Of a stretch of DNA of 64,000 nt, positions 39,001 through 54,040 are shown one piece after another. The stretch is taken from positions 18,662,001-18,726,000 of the forward strand of contig OZ059900.1 in the NCBI GenBank assembly GCA_964057225.1. The letters run 5' to 3'. The notes beneath the pieces are model-generated. The model ran no database searches and was not told the DNA's origin. It saw nothing but the letters and a program-made list of their open reading frames with translations. The stretch comes from Auanema rhodensis (lineage: Eukaryota > Animalia > Nematoda). The first letter of the stretch is position 1. Each line of letters begins with the position of its first letter. The position numbers were made by a program, and so were the translations under genes.

Positions 39001-42000
39001 TTAAAAAATTAAGGAAATTAGCATATTCTGAGGGCACGCCCCTTATGGCTAATATTGATTAAATCGATTTTTGTTCATATGAATCGTCAAATGCAACGAA
39101 TTTCAGCGTGTTACATACTAAAATGAAGCATTTTACATGCTGAACACTAGAAAAATACAAAAACACAGTATTTCCCATGAGAAATATTTTATTATGCTGG
39201 AAAACCAGTTTTTGGAAATTTCGCTGTAAACAAGGTTTTGACTTACGATTTCATGTGTTCAAACTCATGCAATGTCAATGAAACCTAGCTCAAAATTGTT
39301 CGTACAACGTCTAGTTCCACTTTCACGACAAAAAAACAGGGGTTAGAAAATTAAGGAAATTAGCATATTCTGAGGGCACGCCCCTTATGGCTAATATTGA
39401 TTAAATCGATTTTTGTTCATATGAGTCGTCAAATGCAACGAATTTCAGCGTGTTACATACTAAAATGAAGCATTTTACATGCTGAACACTAGAAGAATAC
39501 AAAAACACAGTATTTCCCATGAGAAATATTTTATTATGCTGGAAAACCAGTTTTTGGAAATTTCGCTGTAAACAAGGTTTTGACTTACGATTTCATGTGT
39601 TCAAACTCATGCAATGTCAATGAAACCTAGCTCAAAATTGTTCGTACAACGTCTAGTTCCACTTTCACGACAAAAAAACAGGGGTTAGAAAATTAAGGAA
39701 ATTAGCATATTCTGAGGGCACGCCCCTTATGGCTAATATTGATTAAATCGATTTTTGTTCATATGAGTCGTCAAATGCAACGAATTTCAGCGTGTTACAT
39801 ACTAAAATGAAGCATTTTACATGCTGAACACTAGAAAAATACAAAAACACAGTATTTCCCATGAGAAATATTTTATTATGCTGGAAAACCAGTTTTTGGA
39901 AATTTCGCTGTAAACAAGGTTTTGACTTACGATTTCATGTGTTCAAACTCATGCAATGTCAATGAAACCTAGCTCAAAATTGTTCGTACAACGTCTAGTT
40001 CCACTTTCACGACAAAAAAACAGGGGTTAGAAAATTAAGGAAATTAGCATATTCTGAGGGCACGCCCCTTATGGCTAATATTGATTAAATCGATTTTTGT
40101 TCGTATGAGTCGTCAAATGCAACGAATTTCAGCGTGTTACATACTAAAATGAAGCATTTTACATGCTGAACACTAGAAAAATACAAAAACACAGTATTTC
40201 CCACGAGAAATATTTTATTATGCTGGAAAACCAGTTTTTGGAAATTTCGGTGTAAACAAGGTTTTGACTTACGATTTCATGTGTTCAAACTCATGCAATG
40301 TCAATGAAACCTAGCTCAAAATTGTTCGTACAACGTCTAGTTCCACTTTCACGACAAAAAAACAGGGGTTAGAAAATTAAGGAAATTAGCATATTCTGAG
40401 GGCACGCCCCTTATGGCTAATATTGATTAAATCGATTTTTGTTCATATGAGTCGTCAAATGCAACGAATTTCAGCGTGTTACATACTAAAATGAAGCATT
40501 TTACATGCTGAACACTAGAAAAATACAAAAACACAGTATTTCCCATGAGAAATATTTTATTATGCTGGAAAACCAGTTTTTGGAAATTTCGCTGTAAACA
40601 AGGTTTTGACTTACGATTTCATGTGTTCAAACTCATGCAATGTCAATGAAACCTAGCTCAAAATTGTTCGTACAACGTCTAGTTTCACTTTCACGACAAA
40701 AAAACAGGGGTTAGAAAATTAAGGAAATTAGCATATTCTGAGGGCACGCCCCTTATGGCTAATATTGATTAAATCGATTTTTGTTCATATGAGTCGTCAA
40801 ATGCAACGAATTTCAGCGTGTTACATACTAAAATGAAGCATTTTACATGCTGAACACTAGAAAAATACAAAAACACAGTATTTCCCATGAGAAATATTTT
40901 ATTATGCTGGAAAACCAGTTTTTGGAAATTTCGCTGTAAACAAGGTTTTGACTTACGATTTCATGTGTTCAAACTCATGCAATGTCAATGAAACCTAGCT
41001 CAAAATTGTTCGTACAACGTCTAGTTCCACTTTCACGACAAAAAAACTGGGGTTAGAAAATTAAGGAAATTAGCATATTCTGAGGGCACGCCCCTTATGG
41101 CTAATATTGATTAAATCGATTTTTGTTCATATGAGTCGTCAAATGCAACGAATTTCAGCGTGTTACATACTAAAATAAAGCATTTTACATGCTGAACACT
41201 AGAAGAATACAAAAACACAGTATTTCCCATGAGAAATATTTTATTATGCTGGAAAACCAGTTTTTGGAAATTTCGCTGTAAACAAGGTTTTGACTTACGA
41301 TTTCATGTGTTCAAACTCATGCAATGTCAATGAAACCTAGCTCAAAATTGTTCGTACAACGTCTAGTTCCACTTTCACGACAAAAAAACTGGGGTTAGAA
41401 AATTAAGGAAATTAGCATATTCTGAGGGCACGCCCCTTATGGCTAATATTGATTAAATCGATTTTTGTTCATATGAGTTGTCAAATGCAACGAATTTCAG
41501 CGTGTTACATACTAAAATGAAGCATTTTACATGCTGAACACTAGAAAAATACAAAAACACAGTATTTCCCATGAGAAATATTTTATTATGCTGGAAAACC
41601 AGTTTTTGGAAATTTCGCTGTAAACAAGGTTTTGACTTACGATTTCATGTGTTCAAACTCATGCAATGTCAATGAAACCTAGCTCAAAATTGTTCGTACA
41701 ACGTCTAGTTCCACTTTCACGACAAAAAAAACAGGGGTTAGAAAATTAAGGAAATTAGCATATTCTGAGGGCACGCCCCTTATGGCTAATATTGATTAAA
41801 TCGATTTTTGTTCATATGAGTCGTCAAATGCAACGAATTTCAGCGTGTTACATACTAAAATGAAGCATTTTACATGCTGAACACTAGAAGAATACAAAAA
41901 CACAGTATTTCCCATGAGAAATATTTTATTATGCTGGAAAACCAGTTTTTGGAAATTTCGCTGTAAACAAGGTTTTGACTTACGATTTCATGTGTTCAAA

Positions 42001-42755
42001 CTCATGCAATGTCAATGAAACCTAGCTCAAAATTGTTCGTACAACGTCTAGTTCCACTTTCACGACAAAAAAACAGGGGTTAGAAAATTAAGGAAATTAG
42101 CATATTCTGAGGGCACGCCCCTTATGGCTAATATTGATTAAATCGATTTTTGTTCATATGAGTCGTCAAATGCAACGAATTTCAGCGTGTTACATACTAA
42201 AATGAAGCATTCTACATGCTGAACACTAGAAGAATACAAAAACACAGTATTTCCCATGAGAAATATTTTATTATGCTGGAAAACCAGTTTTTGGAAATTT
42301 CGCTGTAAACAAGGTTTTGACTTACGATTTCATGTGTTCAAACTAATGCAATGTCAATGAAACCTAGCTCAAAATTGTTCGTACAACGTCTAGTTCCACT
42401 TTCACGACAAAAAAACAGGGGTTAGAAAATTAAGGAAATTAGCATATTCTGAGGGCACGCCCCTTATGGCTAATATTGATTAAATCGATTTTTGTTCATA
42501 TGAGTCGTCAAATGCAACGAATTTCAGCGTGTTACATACTAAAATGAAGCATTTTACATGCTGAACACTAGAAGAATACAAAAACACAGTATTTCCCATG
42601 AGAAATATTTTATTATGCTGGAAAACCAATTTTTGGAAATTTCGCTGTAAACAAGGTTTTGACTTACGATTTCATGTGTTCAAACTCATGCAATGTCAAT
42701 GAAACCTAGCTCAAAATTGTTCGTACAACGTCTAGTTCCACTTTCACGACAAAAA

Positions 42756-45700
42756 AACAGGGGTTAGAAAATTAAGGAAATTAGCATATTCTGAGGGCAC
42801 GCCCCTTATGGCTAATATTGATTAAATCGATTTTTGTTCATATGAGTCCTCAAATGCAACGAATTTCAGCGTGTTACATACTAAAATGAAGCATTTTACA
42901 TGCTGAACACTAGAAAAATACAAAAACACAGTATTTCCCATGAGAAATATTTTATTATGCTGGAAAACCAGTTTTTGGAAATTTCGCTGTAAACAAGGTT
43001 TTGACTTACGATTTCATGTGTTCAAACTCATGCAATGTCAATGAAACCTAGCTCAAAAATGTTCGTACAACGTCTAGTTCCACTTTCACGACAAAAAAAC
43101 AGGGGTTAGAAAATTAAGGAAATTAGCATATTCTGAGGGCACGCCCCTTATGGCTAATATTGATTAAATCGATTTTTGTTCATATGAGTCGTCAAATGCA
43201 ACGAATTTCAGCGTGTTACATACTTAAATGAAGCATTTTACATGCTGAACACTAGAAAAATACAAAAACACAGTATTTCCCATGAGAAATATTTTATTAT
43301 GCTGGAAAACCAGTTTTTGGAAATTTCGCTGTAAACAAGGTTTTGACTTACGATTTCATGTGTTCAAACTCATGCAATGTCAATGAAACCTAGCTCAAAA
43401 ATGTTCGTACAACGTCTAGTTCCACTTTCACGACAAAAAAACAGGGGTTAGAAAATTAAGGAAATTAGCATATTCTGAGGGCACGCCCCTTATGGCTAAT
43501 ATTGATTAAATCGATTTTTGTTCATATGAGTCGTCAAATGCAACGAATTTCAGCGTGTTACATACTAAAATGAAGCATTTTACATGCTGAACACTAGAAA
43601 AATACAAAAACACAGTATTTCCCATGAGAAATATTTTATTATGCTGGAAAACCAGTTTTTGGAAATTTCGCTGTAAACAAGGTTTTGACTTACGATTTCA
43701 TGTGTTCAAACTCATGCAATGTCAATGAAACCTAGCTCAAAAATGTTCGTACAACGTCTAGTTCCACTTTCACGACAAAAAAACAGGGGTTAGAAAATTA
43801 AGGAAATTAGCATATTCTGAGGGCACGCCCCTTATGGCTAATATTGATTAAATCGATTTTTGTTCATATGAGTCGTCAAATGCAACGAATTTCAGCGTGT
43901 TACATACTAAAATGAAGCATTTTACATGCTGAACACTAGAAAAATACAAAAACACAGTATTTCCCATGAGAAATATTTTATTATGCTGGAAAACCAGTTT
44001 TTGGAAATTTCGCTGTAAACAAGGTTTTGACTTACGATTTCATGTGTTCAAACTCATGCAATGTCAATGAAACCTAGCTCAAAAATGTTCGTACAACGTC
44101 TAGTTCCACTTTCACGACAAAAAAACAGGGGTTAGAAAATTAAGGAAATTAGCATATTCTGAGGGCACGCCCCTTATGGCTAATATTGATTAAATCGATT
44201 TTTGTTCATATGAGTCGTCAAATGCAACGAATTTCAGCGTGTTACATACTAAAATGAAGCATTTTACATGCTGAACACTAGAAGAATACAAAAACACAGT
44301 ATTTCCCATGAGAAATATTTTATTATGCTGGAAAACCAGTTTTTGGAAATTTCGCTGTAAACAAGGTTTTGACTTACGATTTCATGTGTTCAAACTCATG
44401 CAATGTCAATGAAACCTAGCTCAAAAATGTTCGTACAACGTCTAGTTCCACTTTCACGACAAAAAAACAGGGGTTAGAAAATTAAGGAAATTAGCATATT
44501 CTGAGGGCACGCCCCTTATGGCTAATATTGATTAAATCGATTTTTGTTCATATGAGTCGTCAAATGCAACGAATTTCAGCGTGTTACATACTAAAATGAA
44601 GCATTTTACATGCTGAACACTAGAAAAATACAAAAACACAGTATTTCCCATGAGAAATATTTTATTATGCTGGAAAACCAGTTTTTGGAAATTTCGCTGT
44701 AAACAAGGTTTTGACTTACGATTTCATGTGTTCAAACTCATGCAATGTCAATGAAACCTAGCTCAAAAATGTTCGTACAACGTCTAGTTCCACTTTCACG
44801 ACAAAAAAACAGGGGTTAGAAAATTAAGGAAATTAGCATATTCTGAGGGCACGCCCCTTATGGCTAATATTGATTAAATCGATTTTTGTTCATATGAGTC
44901 GTCAAATGCAACGAATTTCAGCGTGTTACATACTTAAATGAAGCATTTTACATGCTGAACACTAGAAAAATACAAAAACACAGTATTTCCCATGAGAAAT
45001 ATTTTATTATGCTGGAAAACCAGTTTTTGGAAATTTCGCTGTAAACAAGGTTTTGACTTACGATTTCATGTGTTCAAACTCATGCAATGTCAATGAAACC
45101 TAGCTCAAAAATGTTCGTACAACGTCTAGTTCCACTTTCACGACAAAAAAACAGGGGTTAGAAAATTAAGGAAATTAGCATATTCTGAGGGCACGCCCCT
45201 TATGGCTAATATTGATTAAATCGATTTTTGTTCATATGAGTCGTCAAATGCAACGAATTTCAGCGTGTTACATACTAAAATGAAGCATTTTACATGCTGA
45301 ACACTAGAAAAATACAAAAACACAGTATTTCCCATGAGAAATATTTTATTATGCTGGAAAACCAGTTTTTGGAAATTTCGCTGTAAACAAGGTTTTGACT
45401 TACGATTTCATGTGTTCAAACTCATGCAATGTCAATGAAACCTAGCTCAAAAATGTTCGTACAACGTCTAGTTCCACTTTCACGACAAAAAAACAGGGGT
45501 TAGAAAATTAAGGAAATTAGCATATTCTGAGGGCACGCCCCTTATGGCTAATATTGATTAAATCGATTTTTGTTCATATGAGTCGTCAAATGCAACGAAT
45601 TTCAGCGTGTTACATACTAAAATGAAGCATTTTACATGCTGAACACTAGAAAAATACAAAAACACAGTATTTCCCATGAGAAATATTTTATTATGCTGGA

Positions 45701-48700
45701 AAACCAGTTTTTGGAAATTTCGCTGTAAACAAGGTTTTGACTTACGATTTCATGTGTTCAAACTCATGCAATGTCAATGAAACCTAGCTCAAAAATGTTC
45801 GTACAACGTCTAGTTCCACTTTCACGACAAAAAAACAGGGGTTAGAAAATTAAGGAAATTAGCATATTCTGAGGGCACGCCCCTTATGGCTAATATTGAT
45901 TAAATCGATTTTTGTTCATATGAGTCGTCAAATGCAACGAATTTCAGCGTGTTACATAATAAAATGAAGCATTTTACATGCTGAACACTAGAAAAATACA
46001 AAAACACAGTATTTCCCATGAGAAATATTTTATTATGCTGGAAAACCAGTTTTTGGAAATTTCGCTGTAAACAAGGTTTTGACTTACGATTTCATGTGTT
46101 CAAACTCATGCAATGTCAATGAAACCTAGCTCAAAAATGTTCGTACAACGTCTAGTTCCACTTTTACGACAAAAAAACAGGGGTTAGAAAATTAAGGAAA
46201 TTAGCATATTCTGAGGGCACGCCCCTTATGGCTAATATTGATTAAATCGATTTTTGTTCATATGAGTCGTCAAATGCAACGAATTTCAGCGTGTTACATA
46301 CTTAAATGAAGCATTTTACATGCTGAACACTAGAAAAATACAAAAACACAGTATTTCCCATGAGAAATATTTTATTATGCTGGAAAACCAGTTTTTGGAA
46401 ATTTCGCTGTAAACAAGGTTTTGACTTACGATTTCATGTGTTCAAACTCATGCAATGTCAATGAAACCTAGCTCAAAAATGTTCGTACAACGTCTAGTTC
46501 CACTTTCACGACAAAAAAACAGGGGTTAGAAAATTAAGGAAATTAGCATATTCTGAGGGCACGCCCCTTATGGCTAATATTGATTAAATCGATTTTTGTT
46601 CATATGAGTCGTCAAATGCAACGAATTTCAGCGTGTTACATACTAAAATGAAGCATTTTACATGCTGAACACTAGAAAAATACAAAAACACAGTATTTCC
46701 CATGAGAAATATTTTATTATGCTGGAAAACCAGTTTTTGGAAATTTCGCTGTAAACAAGGTTTTGACTTACGATTTCATGTGTTCAAACTCATGCAATGT
46801 CAATGAAACCTAGCTCAAAAATGTTCGTACAACGTCTAGTTCCACTTTCACGACAAAAAAACAGGGGTTAGAAAATTAAGGAAATTAGCATATTCTGAGG
46901 GCACGCCCCTTATGGCTAATATTGATTAAATCGATTTTTGTTCATATGAGTCGTCAAATGCAACGAATTTCAGCGTGTTACATACTAAAATGAAGCATTT
47001 TACATGCTGAACACTAGAAAAATACAAAAACACAGTATTTCCCATGAGAAATATTTTATTATGCTGGAAAACCAGTTTTTGGAAATTTCGCTGTAAACAA
47101 GGTTTTGACTTACGATTTCATGTGTTCAAACTCATGCAATGTCAATGAAACCTAGCTCAAAAATGTTCGTACAACGTCTAGTTCCACTTTCACGACAAAA
47201 AAACAGGGGTTAGAAAATTAAGGAAATTAGCATATTCTGAGGGCACGCCCCTTATGGCTAATATTGATTAAATCGATTTTTGTTCATATGAGTCGTCAAA
47301 TGCAACGAATTTCAGCGTGTTACATACTAAAATGAAGCATTTTACATGCTGAACACTAGAAGAATACAAAAACACAGTATTTCCCATGAGAAATATTTTA
47401 TTATGCTGGAAAACCAGTTTTTGGAAATTTCGCTGTAAACAAGGTTTTGACTTACGATTTCATGTGTTCAAACTCATGCAATGTCAATGAAACCTAGCTC
47501 AAAAATGTTCGTACAACGTCTAGTTCCACTTTCACGACAAAAAAACAGGGGTTAGAAAATTAAGGAAATTAGCATATTCTGAGGGCACGCCCCTTATGGC
47601 TAATATTGATTAAATCGATTTTTGTTCATATGAGTCGTCAAATGCAACGAATTTCAGCGTGTTACATACTAAAATGAAGCATTTTACATGCTGAACACTA
47701 GAAAAATACAAAAACACAGTATTTCCCATGAGAAATATTTTATTATGCTGGAAAACCAGTTTTTGGAAATTTCGCTGTAAACAAGGTTTTGACTTACGAT
47801 TTCATGTGTTCAAACTCATGCAATGTCAATGAAACCTAGCTCAAAAATGTTCGTACAACGTCTAGTTCCACTTTCACGACAAAAAAACAGGGGTTAGAAA
47901 ATTAAGGAAATTAGCATATTCTGAGGGCACGCCCCTTATGGCTAATATTGATTAAATCGATTTTTGTTCATATGAGTCGTCAAATGCAACGAATTTCAGC
48001 GTGTTACATACTAAAATGAAGCATTTTACATGCTGAACACTAGAAAAATACAAAAACACAGTATTTCCCATGAGAAATATTTTATTATGCTGGAAAACCA
48101 GTTTTTGGAAATTTCGCTGTAAACAAGGTTTTGACTTACGATTTCATGTGTTCAAACTCATGCAATGTCAATGAAACCTAGCTCAAAAATGTTCGTACAA
48201 CGTCTAGTTCCACTTTCACGACAAAAAAACAGGGGTTAGAAAATTAAGGAAATTAGCATATTCTGAGGGCACGCCCCTTATGGCTAATATTGATTAAATC
48301 GATTTTTGTTCATATGAGTCGTCAAATGCAACGAATTTCAGCGTGTTACATACTAAAATGAAGCATTTTACATGCTGAACACTAGAAGAATACAAAAACA
48401 CAGTATTTCCCATGAGAAATATTTTATTATGCTGGAAAACCAGTTTTTGGAAATTTCGCTGTAAACAAGGTTTTGACTTACGATTTCATGTGTTCAAACT
48501 CATGCAATGTCAATGAAACCTAGCTCAAAAATGTTCGTACAACGTCTAGTTCCACTTTCACGACAAAAAAACAGGGGTTAGAAAATTAAGGAAATTAGCA
48601 TATTCTGAGGGCACGCCCCTTATGGCTAATATTGATTAAATCGATTTTTGTTCATATGAGTCGTCAAATGCAACGAATTTCAGCGTGTTACATACTAAAA

Positions 48701-49253
48701 TGAAGCATTTTACATGCTGAACACTAGAAAAATACAAAAACACAGTATTTCCCATGAGAAATATTTTATTATGCTGGAAAACCAGTTTTTGGAAATTTCG
48801 CTGTAAACAAGGTTTTGACTTACGATTTCATGTGTTCAAACTCATGCAATGTCAATGAAACCTAGCTCAAAAATGTTCGTACAACGTCTAGTTCCACTTT
48901 CACGACAAAAAAACAGGGGTTAGAAAATTAAGGAAATTAGCATATTCTGAGGGCACGCCCCTTATGGCTAATATTGATTAAATCGATTTTTGTTCATATG
49001 AGTCGTCAAATGCAACGAATTTCAGCGTGTTACATACTAAAATGAAGCATTTTACATGCTGAACACTAGAAAAATACAAAAACACAGTATTTCCCATGAG
49101 AAATATTTTATTATGCTGGAAAACCAGTTTTTGGAAATTTCGCTGTAAACAAGGTTTTGACTTACGATTTCATGTGTTCAAACTCATGCAATGTCAATGA
49201 AACCTAGCTCAAAAATGTTCGTACAACGTCTAGTTCCACTTTCACGACAAAAA
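42756..49253. repeat. Homogenised sub-array of 19 consecutive monomers carrying T304A
   Basis: CTCAAAAATGTTCG replaces CTCAAAATTGTTCG in every monomer starting from 42756 to 48912. The flanking monomers (42414 and 49254) have the consensus. Confidence 0.92.
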
Positions 49254-52200
49254 AACAGGGGTTAGAAAATTAAGGAAATTAGCATATTCTGAGGGCACGC
49301 CCCTTATGGCTAATATTGATTAAATCGATTTTTGTTCATATGAGTCGTCAAATGCAACGAATTTCAGCGTGTTACATACTAAAATGAAGCATTTTACATG
49401 CTGAACACTAAAAAAATACAAAAACACAGTATTTCCCATGAGAAATATTTTATTATGCTGGAAAACCAGTTTTTGGAAATTTCGCTGTAAACAAGGTTTT
49501 GACTTACGATTTCATGTGTTCAAACTCATGCAATGTCAATGAAACCTAGCTCAAAATTGTTCGTACAACGTCTAGTTCCACTTTCACGACAAAAAAACAG
49601 GGGTTAGAAAATTAAGGAAATTAGCATATTCTGAGGGCACGCCCCTTATGGCTAATATTGATTAAATCGATTTTTGTTCATATGATTCGTCAAATGCAAC
49701 GAATTTTAGCGTGTTACATACTAAAATGAAGCATTTTACATGCTGAACACTAGAAGAATACAAAAACACAGTATTTCCCATGAGAAATATTTTATTATGC
49801 TGGAAAACCAGTTTTTGGAAATTTCGCTGTAAACAAGGTTTTGACTTACGATTTCATGTGTTCAAACTCATGCAATGTCAATGAAACCTAGCTCAAAATT
49901 GTTCGTACAACGTCTAGTTCCACTTTCACGACAAAAAAACAGGGGTTAGAAAATTAAGGAAATTAGCATATTCTGAGGGCACGCCCCTTATGGCTAATAT
50001 TGATTAAATCGATTTTTGTTCATATGAGTCGTCAAATGCAACGAATTTCAGCGTGTTACATACTAAAATGAAGCATTTTACATGCTGAACACTAGAAAAA
50101 TACAAAAACACAGTATTTCCCATGAGAAATATTTTATTATGCTTGAAAACCAGTTTTTGGAAATTTCGCTGTAAACAAGGTTTTGACTTACGATTTCATG
50201 TGTTCAAACTCATGCAATGTCAATGAAACCTAGCTCAAAATTGTTCGTACAACGTCTAGTTCCACTTTCACGACAAAAAAACAGGGGTTAGAAAATTAAG
50301 GAAATTAGCATATTCTGAGGGCACGCCCCTTATGGCTAATATTGATTAAATCGATTTTTGTTCATATGAGTCGTCAAATGCAACGAATTTCAGCGTGTTA
50401 CATACTAAAATGAAGCATTTTACATGCTGAACACTAGAAAAATACAAGAACACAGTATTTCCCATGAGAAATATTTTATTATGCTGGAAAACCAGTTTTT
50501 GGAAATTTCGCTGTAAACAAGGTTTTGACTTACGATTTCATGTGTTCAAACTCATGCAATGTCAATGAAACCTAGCTCAAAATTGTTCGTACAACGTCTA
50601 GTTCCACTTTCACGACAAAAAAACAGGGGTTAGAAAATTAAGGAAATTAGCATATTCTGAGGGCACGCCCCTTATGGCTAATATTGATTAAATCGATTTT
50701 TGTTCATATGAGTCGTCAAATGCAACGAATTTCAGCGTGTTACATACTAAAATGAAGCATTTTACATGCTGAACACTAGAAGAATACAAAAACACAGTAT
50801 TTCCCATGAGAAATATTTTATTATGCTGGAAAACCAGTTTTTGGAAATTTCGCTGTAAACAAGGTTTTGACTTACGATTTCATGTGTTCAAACTCATGCA
50901 ATGTCAATGAAACCTAGCTCAAAATTGTTTGTACAACGTCTAGTTCCACTTTCACGACAAAAAAACAGGGGTTAGAAAATTAAGGAAATTAGCATATTCT
51001 GAGGGCACGCCCCTTATGGCTAATATTGATTAAATCGATTTTTGTTCATATGAGTCGTCAAATGCAACGAATTTCAGGGTGTTACATACTAAAATGAAGC
51101 ATTTTACATGCTGAACACTAGAAAAATACAAAAACACAGTATTTCCCATGAGAAATATTTTATTATGCTGGAAAACCAGTTTTTGGAAATTTCGCTGTAA
51201 ACAAGGTTTTGACTTACGATTTCATGTGTTCAAACTCATGCAATGTCAATGAAACCTAGCTCAAAATTGTTCCTACAACGTCTAGTTCCACTTTCACGAC
51301 AAAAAACAGGGGTTAGAAAATTAAGGAAATTAGCATATTCTGAGGGCACGCCCCTTATGGCTAATATTGATTAAATCGATTTTTGTTCATATGAGTCGTC
51401 AAATGCAACGAATTTCAGCGTGTTACATACTAAAATGAAGCATTTTACATGCTGAACACTAGAAAAATACAAAAACACAGTATTTCCCATGAGAAATATT
51501 TTATTATGCTGGAAAACCAGTTTTTGGAAATTTCGCTGTAAACAAGGTTTTGACTTACGATTTCATGTGTTCAAACTCATGCAATGTCAATGAAACCTAG
51601 CTCAAAATTGTTCGTACAACGTCTAGTTCCACTTTCACGACAAAAAAACAGGGGTTAGAAAATTAAGGAAATTAGCATATTCTGAGGGCACGCCCCTTAT
51701 GGCTAATATTGATTAAATCGATTTTTGTTCATATGATTCGTCAAATGCAACGAATTTTAGCGTGTTACATACTTAAATGAAGCATTTTACATGCTGAACA
51801 CTAGAAAAAAACAAAAACACAGTATTTCCCATGAGAAATATTTTATTATGCTGGAAAACCAGTTTTTGGAAATTTCGCTGTAAACAAGGTTTTGACTTAC
51901 GATTTCATGTGTTCAAACTCATGCAATGTCAATGAAACTTAGCTCAAAATTGTTCGTACAACGTCTAGTTCCACTTTCACGACAAAAAAACAGGGGTTAG
52001 AAAATTAAGGAAATTAGCATATTCTGAGGGCACGCCCCTTATGGCTAATATTGATTAAATCGATTTTTGTTCATATGAGTCGTCAAATGCAACGAATTTC
52101 AGCGTGTTACATACTGAAATGAAGCATTTTACATGCTGAACACTAGAAAAATACAAAAACACAGTATTTCCCATGAGAAATATTTTATTATGCTTGAAAA

Positions 52201-54040
52201 CCAGTTTTTGGAAATTTCGCTGTAAACAAGGTTTTGACTTACGATTTCATGTGTTCAAACTCATGCAATGTCAATGAAACCTAGCTCAAAATTGTTCGTA
52301 CAACGTCTAGTTCCACTTTCACGACAAAAAAACAGGGGTTAGAAAATTAAGGAAATTAGCATATTCTGAGGGCACGCCCCTTATGGCTAATATTGATTAA
52401 ATCGATTTTTGTTCATATGAGTCGTCAAATGCAACGAATTTCAGCGTGTTACATACTAAAATGAAGCATTTCACATGCTGAACACTAGAAGAATACAAAA
52501 ACACAGTATTTCCCATGAGAAATATTTTATTATGCTGGAAAACCAGTTTTTGGAAATTTCGCTGTAAACAAGGTTTTGACTTACGATTTCATGTGTTCAA
52601 ACTCATGCAATGTCAATGAAACCTAGCTCAAAATTGTTTGTACAACGTCTAGTTCCACTTTCACGACAAAAAAACAGGGGTTAGAAAATTAAGGAAATTA
52701 GCATATTCTGAGGGCACGCCCCTTATGGCTAATATTGATTAAATCGATTTTTGTTCATATGAGTCGTCAAATGCAACGAATTTCAGCGTGTTACATACTA
52801 AAATGAAGCATTTTACATGCTGAACACTAGAAAAATACAAAAACACAGTATTTCCCATGAGAAATATTTTATTATGCTGGAAAACCAGTTTTTGGAAATT
52901 TCGCTGTAAACAAGGTTTTGACTTACGATTTCATGTGTTCAAACTCATGCAATGTCAATGAAACCTAGCTCAAAATTGTTCGTACAACGTCTAGTTCCAC
53001 TTTCACGACAAAAAAACAGGGGTTAGAAAATTAAGGAAATTAGCATATTCTGAGGGCACGCCCCTTATGGCTAATATTGATTAAATCGATTTTTGTTCAT
53101 ATGAGTCGTCAAATGCAACGAATTTCAGCGTGTTACATACTAAAATGAAGCATTTTACATGCTGAACACTAGAAAAATACAAAGACACAGTATTTCCCAT
53201 GAGAAATATTTTATTATGCTGGAAAACCAGTTTTTGGAAATTTCGCTGTAAACAAGGTTTTGACTTACGATTTCATGTGTTCAAACTCATGCAATGTCAA
53301 TGAAACCTAGCTCAAAATTGTTTGTACAACGTCTAGTTCCACTTTCACGACAAAAAAACAGGGGTTAGAAAATTAAGGAAATTAGCATATTCTGAGGGCA
53401 CGCCCCTTATGGCTAATATTGATTAAATCGATTTTTGTTCATATGAGTCGTCAAATGCAACGAATTTCAGCGTGTTACATACTAAAATGAAGCATTTTAC
53501 ATGCTGAACACTAGAAAAATACAAAAACACAGTATTTCCCATGAGAAATATTTTATTATGCTGGAAAACCAGTTTTTGGAAATTTCGCTGTAAACAAGGT
53601 TTTGACTTACGATTTCATGTGTTCAAACTCATGCAATGTCAATGAAACCTAGCTCAAAATTGTTCGTACAACGTCTAGTTCCACTTTCACGACAAAAAAA
53701 CAGGGGTTAGAAAATTAAGGAAATTAGCATATTCTGAGGGCACGCCCCTTATGGCTAATATTGATTAAATCGATTTTTGTTCATATGAGTCGTCAAATGC
53801 AACGAATTTCAGCGTGTTACATACTAAAATGAAGCATTTTACATGCTGAACACTAGAAAAATACAAAAACACAGTATTTCCCATGAGAAATATTTTATTA
53901 TGCTGGAAAACCAGTTTTTGGAAATTTCGCTGTAAACAAGGTTTTGACTTACGATTTCATGTGTTCAAACTCATGCAATGTCAATGAAACCTAGCTCAAA
54001 ATTGTTCGTACAACGTCTAGTTCCACTTTCACGACAAAAA

